Counted from the first letter of the stretch, positions 35,693-45,004 are shown. The stretch is 64,000 nt of DNA from Gemmatimonadota bacterium (GCA_031375485.1 JANMHX010000316.1:8186-72185); one strand, 5' to 3'. Notes: generated by a model from the sequence alone, not told the origin. Program-made: numbers and translations.

Positions 35693-37305
35693 AGTGTGCC
35701 ACCGCGCTCCTCGCCCTGGTCGTGATCACCGCGCCCGCCGAGGCGCAAACCTACGACGTCGTCATTCACGGCGGGCGGATCGTCGACGGCACCGGCGCCC
35801 CCTGGTACCAAGGCGATGTCGGCATCAAGGACGGCAAGATCGTGGCGATCGGCCGGCTGAATCCCGCCGCCGCCCGCCGGGCCATCGACGCCTCCGGGAA
35901 GGTGGTGACCCCGGGCTTCATCGATATGATGGGACAGACGGCGGCGCCCTTTATCCGGGACCCCGCCACCGCGTTCAATCTGCTGAGCCAGGGCATCACC
36001 ACCCTCAACGCCGGTGAAGGCGGCAGCGACGCCCCGCTGGCCGGCAAGGAGGCCGCCGACCGGGGCTGGAGTACGACGCGCGAATTCTTCACGAAACTCG
36101 AACAGGCCGGCATGCCGATGAATATGGTCCAGACCGTGGGCCATACCCAAATCCGGGAAATCGTCATCGGAGACAAAGACCGCCAGGCCACCCCCGCGGA
36201 GCTGGAACGGATGCGGGGCTATGTCCGCGAGGCCATGGAAGCCGGAGCCATCGGGGTGTCGACCTCGTTGATTTATCCGCCCGCCATCTACGCCTCCGAG
36301 GAGGAGATCGCCGAGCTGACCAAAGTGGCCGGGACCTACGGCGGCCGCTACTTCACCCACATGCGGAACGAGGGCGACCGGCTCCTCGAAGCCATCGACG
36401 AGGCCCTCCGGATCGGCAAGACGGCCGGCACCCCGGTCCACATCTATCACCTGAAGACCGCCGGCCAGGCCAATTGGGGCAAGATGGACCAGGCCCTCGC
36501 CCGGATCAAAGCCGCCCGAGCCGCCGGCCAGCAAGTGGCGGTCGATGTCTATCCCTACATCAACAACGGGCTCGGCATCCGGGCCCTGCTCCATCCGCGG
36601 CATGCCGCCGAGGGTCAGGACGCTCTCCTGGCCAAGCTCGACAACCCGGCCACCCGGGCCGAGATGCGGCGGGAAATGGAGTCGCTCGGTGGATGGGAGA
36701 ACTGGTTTGCCCACGCCGGGAAGGACTGGGACCGGATCGTGGTGGCCGGATTGGGGAAGACCGCGTATGCCCAGTACAACGGACAGACCGTGGGCGCCAT
36801 TGCCCTGGCCACCAAGAAAGACCCGTGGGACATCTTCTTCGAAATCGCCAAATTCGAGGTCTTCGCGATGCCGCAGAGCATGTCGGAAGCCAACAAGATG
36901 AAGGCGATGCGGGAAGAGTTCACCTCCTTCGACACCGATGCCGGGCCGGCCGCGACCGGATACGCCGTCCACCCCCGGGGATTCGGGGCGTTTCCGCGAA
37001 TCTTCTCCCGGTATGTCCGCGACCTCGGCGTCCTGTCGCTCGAGGCCGCCGTGCAGCGGGCCACCGCCGGAGCGGCCAACGAGATCATGGCGTATGACCG
37101 GGGCCGGATCGCCATCGGACTCGCCGCTGACATCGTGGTGTTCGACCCGGCAACCATTCGGGACCGGGCCACCTTCGCCGAGCCGATGGTGGCCTCGGAG
37201 GGAATCAGCCAGGTGCTGGTGAACGGGCAAGTGGTGCTGGAGAATGGGAAATACACCGGCGCCAAGCCCGGCCGGGTTCTTCGGGGCCCGGGATACCGGC
37301 CCTGA
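35683..37305 (+). CDS. Exported D-aminoacylase-like amidohydrolase with altered metal site
   Basis: Signal ..APAEAQ; PGFIDMMGQ (no HxH), YFTHMRNE, HIYHLK, HPRGFGAFPR; overlaps dehydratase stop by 10 nt. Confidence 0.85.
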   Translation: MELKCATALLALVVITAPAEAQTYDVVIHGGRIVDGTGAPWYQGDVGIKDGKIVAIGRLNPAAARRAIDASGKVVTPGFIDMMGQTAAPFIRDPATAFNLLSQGITTLNAGEGGSDAPLAGKEAADRGWSTTREFFTKLEQAGMPMNMVQTVGHTQIREIVIGDKDRQATPAELERMRGYVREAMEAGAIGVSTSLIYPPAIYASEEEIAELTKVAGTYGGRYFTHMRNEGDRLLEAIDEALRIGKTAGTPVHIYHLKTAGQANWGKMDQALARIKAARAAGQQVAVDVYPYINNGLGIRALLHPRHAAEGQDALLAKLDNPATRAEMRREMESLGGWENWFAHAGKDWDRIVVAGLGKTAYAQYNGQTVGAIALATKKDPWDIFFEIAKFEVFAMPQSMSEANKMKAMREEFTSFDTDAGPAATGYAVHPRGFGAFPRIFSRYVRDLGVLSLEAAVQRATAGAANEIMAYDRGRIAIGLAADIVVFDPATIRDRATFAEPMVASEGISQVLVNGQVVLENGKYTGAKPGRVLRGPGYRP

Positions 37306-37324
37306 CCGCCGCCACGGGATCTCC

Positions 37325-38638
37325 ATGCTGATGACCTCCCGCCGGAGCCTGCTCGCCGCCGGAGCCGCCGTCGTCGGCCTCCCCGCGTGGCTCCGCGCCG
37401 AGGTGTTCGGCCGCCGGCCGTGGACCGCGCGCCCCTATCTCGACCTGGCGCTCCGCACGGCGCGCTGGATCGAAGCGAGCCGCCAAGAGACGGCCGACGG
37501 CATTCGGTACCCGGCCGATCCCCTCAAGCCTGAATCGGTCGGGCTCGACTTCTACAACGGGATGCCGGGCATCGTGGCGTTCTACGCCGCGCTCCATCAC
37601 GCCACCCGAGACCCAGCCTGGCTGGCCGCCGCGGAGGCCGGGGGCCGGTACCTCCTGCATGCGGTGGCCACCGAAGGCGACCAACTCGACGGCGGACTCT
37701 ACACCGGTCTGGCCGGCATCAGCTATAGCCTGAATTGCCTCCACCGCGGCACCTCGAACCCCAAGTGGGGCGCCGAGGCCCGGCGCCTGATCGAGCCCGT
37801 GGGAGCCCGCGCGGAGACGACGGATTCGTGGGACATCATCAGCGGTCTCGCCGGGACCGGGCTCTTCCTGCTCTCGACCGGATCAGTCGACCTGGCCACC
37901 AAAGCCGGCCACCGATTGCTCGCCGCGGGCGAACCGGCCGAGGGCGGCATGATGTGGTTTCCCGGTGGCTCGTTGCGAAGGAACTATCCGAATTTCTCCC
38001 ACGGCACGGCGGGTGTCTCGTATTTCTTGGCGTCGCTCTATCGCCAAACCAAGGAACCAGCGTTCCTCGACGCCGCCCGGAAAGGGGCCGCGTACCTCGA
38101 GGCCGTCGCCACCACCCGGGACGGCGCCACCCGGATTTTCCATCAAAGCGGCGGCGAAGACCGGTACTACCTCAGTTGGTGTCATGGACCGGTGGGGACG
38201 GCCCGGTTGTTCTATCGACTCCACCAGATCACCGGCGAGCCGCGGTGGTCGGCCTGGGTCGACTCACTGACCCGCGGCGTGGTCGACAGCGGCGTGCCCG
38301 AGCAACGGACCACCGGGTATTGGAACAACGTCAGCCAATGCTGCGGCAACGTCGGGATCGGACAGTACACGATCGACCTGGCTCGGTACCGGCAATCGAA
38401 GGCGGACCCGGCGTATCAACGACGAATCATTGACGACACCACCCGCCGGGCCACCGACGACGAGGCCGGTCTCCGGTGGGCGCAAGCCGAGAACCGAACC
38501 CAACCGGACAACGTCGTGGCGCAGACCGGGTTCATGCAGGGGGCCGCGGGAATCGGGACGTTTCTTCTCCAACTAGACGCCCTCGAGCAGGGAGTCCGGT
38601 GGGCCTTTCCGTTACCAGACACCCCGTTCGCCGGATAG
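37325..38638 (+). CDS. Stand-alone lanthionine synthetase C-like (LanCL) protein with Tat signal
   Basis: SRRSLL Tat motif; repeated GxxG helices (YNGMPG, YTGLAG, ISGLAG, SHGTAG, WCHGPVG, QCCGNVG, MQGAAG). Confidence 0.88.
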   Translation: MLMTSRRSLLAAGAAVVGLPAWLRAEVFGRRPWTARPYLDLALRTARWIEASRQETADGIRYPADPLKPESVGLDFYNGMPGIVAFYAALHHATRDPAWLAAAEAGGRYLLHAVATEGDQLDGGLYTGLAGISYSLNCLHRGTSNPKWGAEARRLIEPVGARAETTDSWDIISGLAGTGLFLLSTGSVDLATKAGHRLLAAGEPAEGGMMWFPGGSLRRNYPNFSHGTAGVSYFLASLYRQTKEPAFLDAARKGAAYLEAVATTRDGATRIFHQSGGEDRYYLSWCHGPVGTARLFYRLHQITGEPRWSAWVDSLTRGVVDSGVPEQRTTGYWNNVSQCCGNVGIGQYTIDLARYRQSKADPAYQRRIIDDTTRRATDDEAGLRWAQAENRTQPDNVVAQTGFMQGAAGIGTFLLQLDALEQGVRWAFPLPDTPFAG

Positions 38639-38666
38639 TCGGCGATCCGAGCGCAGTAGGACCGGT

Positions 38667-40859
38667 TTAGAACTCGGTCCGAATCGTCACGATCACGCTG
38701 CGGCGTGATTCCGGCCTGAAGAACGAGGTGTTTGACGCCTCGGCGTAGAGCGCATTGGTCAAGTTCGCGACCGCCACGCCGAGAGACGGGTTCATGCCGC
38801 CCAACCGGCCCAGTCGAAACTCGCCCCGGGCGGTGTGCACCGTGAAGGCCGGCAACCGGTCCCCAACGGGATTGGCAACGAGAACCAGATCCTTCCGTTC
38901 CCCCTGGTGGCGCACCTCATAGCCGACGAACAGGCGGCCCTTCGGGTCACGCCACGAGACCTGCCCCCCCACCTTGCTGCCGTAACTGTCACCGACCGGA
39001 ATGTTGGTGTCGGGATTCTTGGAAGTCAGTTTCGTGGCGTGGCCAAGCACCTCGAACCCGTGAGCCAACCGCACCTCAGCCAGCGCTTCAAACCCGCGAT
39101 CCCGCAGCCGCTGGATGTTCTGGTTCTGGAACGCCGGGAAGTTTCTGATCTTGGTACCGAGTGGCACGATCCGGATGCCGTCGGTAATCGTGTTGGAGAA
39201 ATACATCAGTTCCCCGTACCAGCGGTCGGTTCGAATCTTGACCCCGAAATCGATGTTCAAGCTGGTTTCGGGAGTCAGGTTCCGATTGGCCGTCAGGTAC
39301 CCGTTACCCTCGGCGGTCACGCCGTCGAAGTACCGCTCAACGAGGTTGGGCGCCCGGAACGCCCGGCCTGCCGTCGCCACCAGATTGATCCGGTCCGTCA
39401 CCGCATATTGACCGCTGATCCCGCCCACCAAGGTTTGATTGCTGGCGGAAATGCCCCCGCGGCTCCGGGCGAGCCCCGGTGTCTGGCGGGTTTCCGACCC
39501 GATGGCCTGGCCCCGAAGACCCAGGCCCAAGGTGAAGCGGTCGTGGAGCCGGAGTTCAGCTTGGGTAAAAAGACCGGTGCTCCAGGCATTGGCGTTCGGA
39601 ATGGTCGGGGCAGTGGTTGACCGGACCCGGGGCGGGCCGAACCCGTTGGTGGTCGTCGTGCTCGAATCCGTGTTCGTCGATCGGTCGAGGTACCAGTCGA
39701 CGCCGTAGGTCAGGGTATGGCGGCCGCCGAATACCTTCGCGGCCTCGAGTCGCGCCCCGACGGTGTTGATATCGGTGATGTTCCGGCTCCGAATCGCCAA
39801 TCCGGCGGTGGGCGGGAGCGGGGCACCGAACGGAATGTCGATCTCCTGCTCGAAGATTCGGTGATTGGCGGTTCGGTAGATCGTGGCCGAGAAGCGGTCC
39901 GCCACGGGGGAGCCTAACGCCACGGCACGATAGCCCGCAGTGATCCGCGTCACGCCTTGGTCGGGATACAGCAGGCGAACCTTCACCCCGGACGTGTCAC
40001 CGAGCACCGGCCCGTCGACGTAGCCGAATCCCGCATCGCGGGCATCGTACCGGGACACCCGGAGGGTCACTTGGTGCCGGTCGGACACGTCGTAACTCGC
40101 ACTGGCGGAGTAGGTCTGATCGGTGACACCGGTATCGTTGACCTTGGCGTCCTGCGGCAGACTGAGGCGGCCGAATCGACCGGCCGGGGCCAGGTACGCA
40201 TCGGCACTTCGGTAGCCGGCGCCGAACAGGAATCCAAGCTTCCCGGTCCGGCCGCTCGTGAGCGCGTGGATCAGGTTCTGCCCGTCGGCAGAGCTCCGGC
40301 GATACAGCACCGAACCCCGAATGCCGGTCTGACCGGCACCGGGCGGCCGCAGGGTGATTTGATTGACGATGCCCCCAATCGCGTCGGTGCCGTAGAGGAC
40401 GGACGCCGGGCCCCGGACGATCTCGACCTGGCTGATCCCGTTGATATCGGTGAACGCCGGGAGCTCGCCGAAATCCTGCTGACGGCGGGAGTTGTTGAGA
40501 CGGATGCCGTCCTCGGCCAAGAGGATCCGTTGCCCGCGTTGACCCCGGATGGCCAAACGGGTCTGGTTCGGGCCGACCCCGGTGACGTCAACACCGGGGA
40601 GGTTTCGGAACAAGTCGCCGACACCGTTGGGAGCCTCGCGGCGCACCACCCCAGAATCGATCACCAACACGGGGTTCGCCGTCATGAACACCGGCCGGGC
40701 CTGCCGGGTGGCGGTCACCGTAATCGGAGCCAGCTTGGTCAGCCCCCGAACTGGGGTCGGCTTGGCGGCGGAAGAATCGGATTGTTGGGCAGTCAGCCCG
40801 ATCGGGTATCCGCAGGCAACGAGCGCCGCAGCGGTCGAGAGGAAACGAAGAGTCGGCAT
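38667..40859 (-). CDS. TonB-dependent receptor, heme/hemoglobin receptor-like
   Basis: Plug IRGQRGQRILLAEDG, EIVRGPASVLYGTDAIGG, FRAPN / NRNLTPE motifs, C-terminal Phe. Confidence 0.85.
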   Translation of the reverse strand: MPTLRFLSTAAALVACGYPIGLTAQQSDSSAAKPTPVRGLTKLAPITVTATRQARPVFMTANPVLVIDSGVVRREAPNGVGDLFRNLPGVDVTGVGPNQTRLAIRGQRGQRILLAEDGIRLNNSRRQQDFGELPAFTDINGISQVEIVRGPASVLYGTDAIGGIVNQITLRPPGAGQTGIRGSVLYRRSSADGQNLIHALTSGRTGKLGFLFGAGYRSADAYLAPAGRFGRLSLPQDAKVNDTGVTDQTYSASASYDVSDRHQVTLRVSRYDARDAGFGYVDGPVLGDTSGVKVRLLYPDQGVTRITAGYRAVALGSPVADRFSATIYRTANHRIFEQEIDIPFGAPLPPTAGLAIRSRNITDINTVGARLEAAKVFGGRHTLTYGVDWYLDRSTNTDSSTTTTNGFGPPRVRSTTAPTIPNANAWSTGLFTQAELRLHDRFTLGLGLRGQAIGSETRQTPGLARSRGGISASNQTLVGGISGQYAVTDRINLVATAGRAFRAPNLVERYFDGVTAEGNGYLTANRNLTPETSLNIDFGVKIRTDRWYGELMYFSNTITDGIRIVPLGTKIRNFPAFQNQNIQRLRDRGFEALAEVRLAHGFEVLGHATKLTSKNPDTNIPVGDSYGSKVGGQVSWRDPKGRLFVGYEVRHQGERKDLVLVANPVGDRLPAFTVHTARGEFRLGRLGGMNPSLGVAVANLTNALYAEASNTSFFRPESRRSVIVTIRTEF

Positions 40860-40935
40860 GGCCCCAATTTGGCGGAGCAACTCGGGGTCTGGACACCGAA
40901 AGGCTACGGTGAGAACCGCCCCGTATTTCTACGGG

Positions 40936-41586
40936 TCATTCGCCCAGCAGACGGGCCTCGATGGCGAACCGGGCCAGGCCGGCGGCACTGGAGATCCCGA
41001 GCTTCCGGATCAGACTCTCGCGATAGGACTCCACCGTCCGGACGCCCACGCCAAGATCGCCGGCAATTTCTTTGTTGGTTTTCCCGCTGGCCACGCCGAT
41101 CAGCACGTCCCGTTCCCGCCGAGTCAACAGGTCGAGTCGCTGAGCTCCGGCGGCGGCCAGGATCGGAGCCGCCGTTTCGGTCGGCTCGGCGGCCAGGCGC
41201 TCGAAACGGCTCTCACCGCGAGCGATCGCGGCAACGGCGTCCCGCAACTGCGCCGGTAACGAGTCCTTCGGGAGATAGCCGTGAGCGCCGGCCCGGACAC
41301 TCTCGAGCACGTACTCGGCGTGGCGATGGACGCTCAGCATCAGAATCCGGGCGGCCGGGACCCGGTGCCGAAGGACACCAGCCACCTCGATGCCATTTTG
41401 TCCCGGAAGATTGATGTCGAGCACGACCACATCCGGTTGGTGCTGGACGGCGAGATCGATGCCGGCCTCGCCGCTGCCGGCCTCGCCAACCACCTCGAAG
41501 GCGGGAGGGCCAAGCACCTGCCGGAGGCCCTCCCGGACCAGCGGATGGTCATCGACCAGCAGCACTCGAATGGCGGGATCGGTCAC
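40936..41586 (-). CDS. NarL/LuxR family response regulator
   Basis: LLVDDHPLVREG, VLDINLPG, LTRRERDVL..TNKEIA HTH. Confidence 0.93.
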   Translation of the reverse strand: MTDPAIRVLLVDDHPLVREGLRQVLGPPAFEVVGEAGSGEAGIDLAVQHQPDVVVLDINLPGQNGIEVAGVLRHRVPAARILMLSVHRHAEYVLESVRAGAHGYLPKDSLPAQLRDAVAAIARGESRFERLAAEPTETAAPILAAAGAQRLDLLTRRERDVLIGVASGKTNKEIAGDLGVGVRTVESYRESLIRKLGISSAAGLARFAIEARLLGE

Positions 41587-43319
41587 GGTACCTCGGGGAG
41601 TTCGATGGCCAACGAAAGCCCCGAGGGGACTCCCTGCGAGAGGACGACGCTTCCGCCCAGTGTCTCGATTCGTTCCTGCATCCCAAAGAGACCGGAGCGA
41701 CCCGGACGGCCGCCAGGCCGGTTCAGTTCGGCTGGAGGTATCCCGACACCGTCATCGTCGATGGTGAGGCAGATCCGGCCCTCACGCCGGACCAACCCGA
41801 CTCGGACCCGGGCGGCCTGGGCATGCCGCGCCACATTGGCCAAGCCCTCTTGGACAGCCCGGAACATCGCAAGTTCTGCCGCCGGACCGACCCGCGGCAG
41901 ATCGCCATCCGGGATCGTGAACGACACCGGAACCCCGCTCCACTCTTGGAAATCAGCAACCAAGGCCCGCAGGGCGGGGACGAGACCAAGGTCATCGAGC
42001 AACGCGGGGCGGAGGTCTTCCGCGACGTTCCGAATGGTGCGGCTGCCGACATCGACCAATTCCAGCAGCCGGTCGAACCGGGGTGCGAGCGCGGCCGATG
42101 CCACTTCCCTGAGCGTGCCGAGTTGGAGTTTGAGCGCCGAGAACACCTGCGCCGTCTCGTCGTGGAGCTCCCGGCCGATCCGGCGCCGTTGATCTTCGTG
42201 TTGTTGGATCATCCGGACCGACAGCCGTTCGAGCTCAACCTGTCGCTGCGCCAACGTTCGGCTCAAGTCGGCCTTGTGGAGCGCCGCCCCGATCTGCGCG
42301 CCCACGGCGGCCAGAATGCTCTGGTCGAGCACCGCAAACGCGGCCGCCACCTCGCCGGCCACGACCAAGGCCATCGGCGTGCCCCCGACCCGGCCTAACG
42401 GGATGCCGGCCAGGAACGCGGGGGCGGCCGGATCGGCCGAGCGCCCGCCTTCGAGCACCGACGCGCCGCCCCGAAACACCTCCGCCGCCACGGCCGCCAC
42501 CCGGACGGGCAGTTGCCCGGCCCACGACTCGGCCGCCCCGGAACCGCGAACCAATTCCGGCCCCGACAGCCCGGAACGGAGGACCCCAGCGCCCCGAACG
42601 CCCCGGAGGCCAAGCGGGCGCTCGAGGAGCGTGCCGATGCTCTCAGATCCCCCGGGGCCCAGATCGGCAGAGAGCGCCGTCAGGGTTCGAAGTCCTTCTT
42701 GAAATTCCTCGAGCACGAGCATCAGGATCCCGATCCCGGTGGCCAACACGAACAGGGCGTCGACAAAATAGCCCCAGGGATTCCAGGCGCCGCGGGCCCG
42801 AAGAAACGGGTAATCGAGATGGTGCAGGGCCCACAGACCGAGAGTGATGGCCAGAAAACGAGCCGATGATGACCCGGTCTGGGTTCGATACCGCCAGAAA
42901 ACCCAGCCTGTCCATACCGTTGTCACACTCAGGAACACGACCGTGGTTCCGGCCGCCAACGCAAAATTGTCGAGTCCGAAGATCGCGACGTACGCCCAAA
43001 CCACCGGGAACCCGAGCAGCCCGAGGTACCGCGGCCGCCAAGGGAGCTGGCGTTCGAAGACCAACGCCGCATAGAGCAGCGCCAGCGCCGTCCACCCGGT
43101 GACTACCTGGTGGACATAGAGGAAGGCCCAGGTGGCGGTCAGCAGGAATGAGACGATGGCCCCAAGCCCGAGGCCATAGAGGCCAAACGCCACCGCCCAC
43201 CACAAGAAGTGGGCTTTCTGGTACCGACGGAACAGAAATCCGAACAACCCAGCCAAGCCAAACGTGATCGTGGCCTGGAACAGCGCCGCGGCGGCCTCGG
43301 CGGTGGAGAATACCTGCAT
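41583..43319 (-). CDS. Membrane sensor histidine kinase (HisKA_3 type) with multi-TM N-terminus
   Basis: RELHDETAQ, LRPALLDDLGL, QEGLANVARHA, DDGVG, GLFGMQER. Confidence 0.9.
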   Translation of the reverse strand: MQVFSTAEAAAALFQATITFGLAGLFGFLFRRYQKAHFLWWAVAFGLYGLGLGAIVSFLLTATWAFLYVHQVVTGWTALALLYAALVFERQLPWRPRYLGLLGFPVVWAYVAIFGLDNFALAAGTTVVFLSVTTVWTGWVFWRYRTQTGSSSARFLAITLGLWALHHLDYPFLRARGAWNPWGYFVDALFVLATGIGILMLVLEEFQEGLRTLTALSADLGPGGSESIGTLLERPLGLRGVRGAGVLRSGLSGPELVRGSGAAESWAGQLPVRVAAVAAEVFRGGASVLEGGRSADPAAPAFLAGIPLGRVGGTPMALVVAGEVAAAFAVLDQSILAAVGAQIGAALHKADLSRTLAQRQVELERLSVRMIQQHEDQRRRIGRELHDETAQVFSALKLQLGTLREVASAALAPRFDRLLELVDVGSRTIRNVAEDLRPALLDDLGLVPALRALVADFQEWSGVPVSFTIPDGDLPRVGPAAELAMFRAVQEGLANVARHAQAARVRVGLVRREGRICLTIDDDGVGIPPAELNRPGGRPGRSGLFGMQERIETLGGSVVLSQGVPSGLSLAIELPEVP

Positions 43320-43379
43320 GGTGGATTCTAACCCGCCATCCCACCCTGCGTCGAATCAGAACGCGGCCAACCGGTCAAC

Positions 43380-43411
43380 GAAAAACCCCAGGATGCCGGG
43401 GAGGCATCCTG
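43380..43411 (-). terminator. Rho-independent terminator after the fasciclin gene
   Basis: Minus strand CAGGATGCC-TCCCC-GGCATCCTG then GGGTTTTT. Confidence 0.8.
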
Positions 43412-43452
43412 AGGTATCGCCACAAAGAACTTCGCTCGAGAGGTACTGCGGC

Positions 43453-43935
43453 TTATGGGAGGAGGACGGCGTCGATCACGTGGATCACGCCGTTGGAGGC
43501 CTTGATGTCGGTCGTGATCACGTGGGCATTGCCAACCATCACTTTGCCGTTCATCACCATGATCGAGACGTCCTTGCCGTTCACCGTCTTGGCCGACTTG
43601 AGCTTGACGACCTGATCCGACCCGACCGCACCGCTCACCACGTGGTAGGTCAAGATCGCGGCCAGCTTCGCCTTGTCTTTGAGCAGCGCCTCGACGGTGC
43701 CCGGGGGCAGCTTCGCAAACGCTTCGTCGGTCGGAGCAAACACCGTGAACGGACCGGCACCCTTCAGGGTCTCGACCAAGCCCGCGGCCTGCACCGCGGC
43801 AACCAACGTTTTGAACTTTCCCGCCGCGATCGCCACGTCAACGATCGTGTTTGCCGGGGCATGGGCGCCCTGGGCCACCGCCACGGACATCGGAAGGACC
43901 GCCAAACTGAACCCAACCATCAATCGACCGATCAC
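43453..43935 (-). CDS. Exported single-domain fasciclin (FAS1) protein
   Basis: [13 protein letters not shown] (H1), [18 protein letters not shown] (H2); GTG start with GGGGG SD and signal peptide. Confidence 0.92.
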   Translation of the reverse strand: MIGRLMVGFSLAVLPMSVAVAQGAHAPANTIVDVAIAAGKFKTLVAAVQAAGLVETLKGAGPFTVFAPTDEAFAKLPPGTVEALLKDKAKLAAILTYHVVSGAVGSDQVVKLKSAKTVNGKDVSIMVMNGKVMVGNAHVITTDIKASNGVIHVIDAVLLP

Positions 43936-43982
43936 ACGAACCCCCTGGTAATTGTATTGTTGTTGCCCTGTACCGTACCAGT

Positions 43983-44059
43983 ACAATACCACATCCATTC
44001 AGATCTGTCAAGGTATTGGCGCCGAATTAGGTTGACAGAAGCCGTACAATAGATATTCT
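43983..44059. promoter_or_regulatory. Back-to-back sigma70 promoters for fasciclin (-) and the carH-like gene (+)
   Basis: Minus: TTGACA(44011-44006)-N17-TATTGT(43988-43983). Plus: TTGACA(44032-44037)-N16-TATTCT(44054-44059), ATG 5 nt later. Confidence 0.7.
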
Positions 44060-44064
44060 TCAGT

Positions 44065-45000
44065 ATGACCATAAGCCTGGACAACCCGGTATACCCGGTC
44101 CGAATCGTCCTCCGGCGGACCGGCCTGACCGCCGAACTGCTTCGCGCCTGGGAGCGACGATATGACGTGGTTCACCCCGGTCGAACCCAGGGTGGTCAAC
44201 GACTGTACTCGGAAGCCGACGTCGAGCGCCTCCTGCTGCTCAAACGGGCCACGGTGTACGGCCATTCGATTGGACGAGTGGCCCAACTCACCAACGACGA
44301 AGTCGCCGGGCTACTGGAGACAGCGCCCCAGCTCACGATAGCCAAGCCAACGGAGTTGTCCTCCGATTACGCATCGTCGATTCGGCAGCGCGGATTGGAG
44401 GCCCTTGGTTGGATGGACGGGGGCACGCTCGACGCCCTGTTACGCCAAGCGGCCGTCCGGATGGGCCCGGTGGCGTTTGCCGAACAAATCGTGGTCCCCT
44501 TCGTTCGGGAAATCGGGGATCTCTGGCACCAGGGCAAGCTCCGCATCGTTCAGGAGCACCTGGCCACGGCCACGATTCGGCATGTCATGAGCAACCTGCT
44601 CGCCTTCACGGCAACCACACCCACCGCACCGGTATTCATCGCCGCCACCACGTCGGGGCAGCACCATGAAATCGGAGCGTTACTTGCGGCTGCCATTGCG
44701 GCTGGTGAAGGATGGCGCGCTGTCTACCTCGGAGCCGATCTTCCGGGCGAGGAAATCGCCATCGCGGCCGAACGGCTGCGGGCCCGCGCGGTCGGTATCA
44801 GTATCGTCTACCCCGTCGAGGACCCCGCGATCGAGCCGGACCTCCGGGCCTTGAGCCAAGCCTTGGGAACCCGAACCCCGGTGTTCGTCGGGGGCGAGGG
44901 CTCCCGGCACTACCGGGCCCTCATCGACCAACTCCAACTCCGCCCGGTCGAAAACCTCGAGGGACTGCGGCGCGAGCTCGGGCAGGTGTCAGGCGGCTGA
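44065..45000 (+). CDS. carH: CarH/LitR-like MerR-family regulator with cobalamin-binding domain
   Basis: MerR HTH (LRAWERRY..PGRTQGGQRLYS), W-x9-EH (WHQGKLRIVQEH), QHHEIG, YLGADLP. Confidence 0.8.
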   Translation: MTISLDNPVYPVRIVLRRTGLTAELLRAWERRYDVVHPGRTQGGQRLYSEADVERLLLLKRATVYGHSIGRVAQLTNDEVAGLLETAPQLTIAKPTELSSDYASSIRQRGLEALGWMDGGTLDALLRQAAVRMGPVAFAEQIVVPFVREIGDLWHQGKLRIVQEHLATATIRHVMSNLLAFTATTPTAPVFIAATTSGQHHEIGALLAAAIAAGEGWRAVYLGADLPGEEIAIAAERLRARAVGISIVYPVEDPAIEPDLRALSQALGTRTPVFVGGEGSRHYRALIDQLQLRPVENLEGLRRELGQVSGG

Positions 45001-45004
45001 GCTG

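Noticed and set aside
37325-38638. Lanthipeptide biosynthetic gene cluster
   Set aside because: No dehydratase domain, Ser/Thr/Cys-rich precursor ORF or peptidase-transporter in the window
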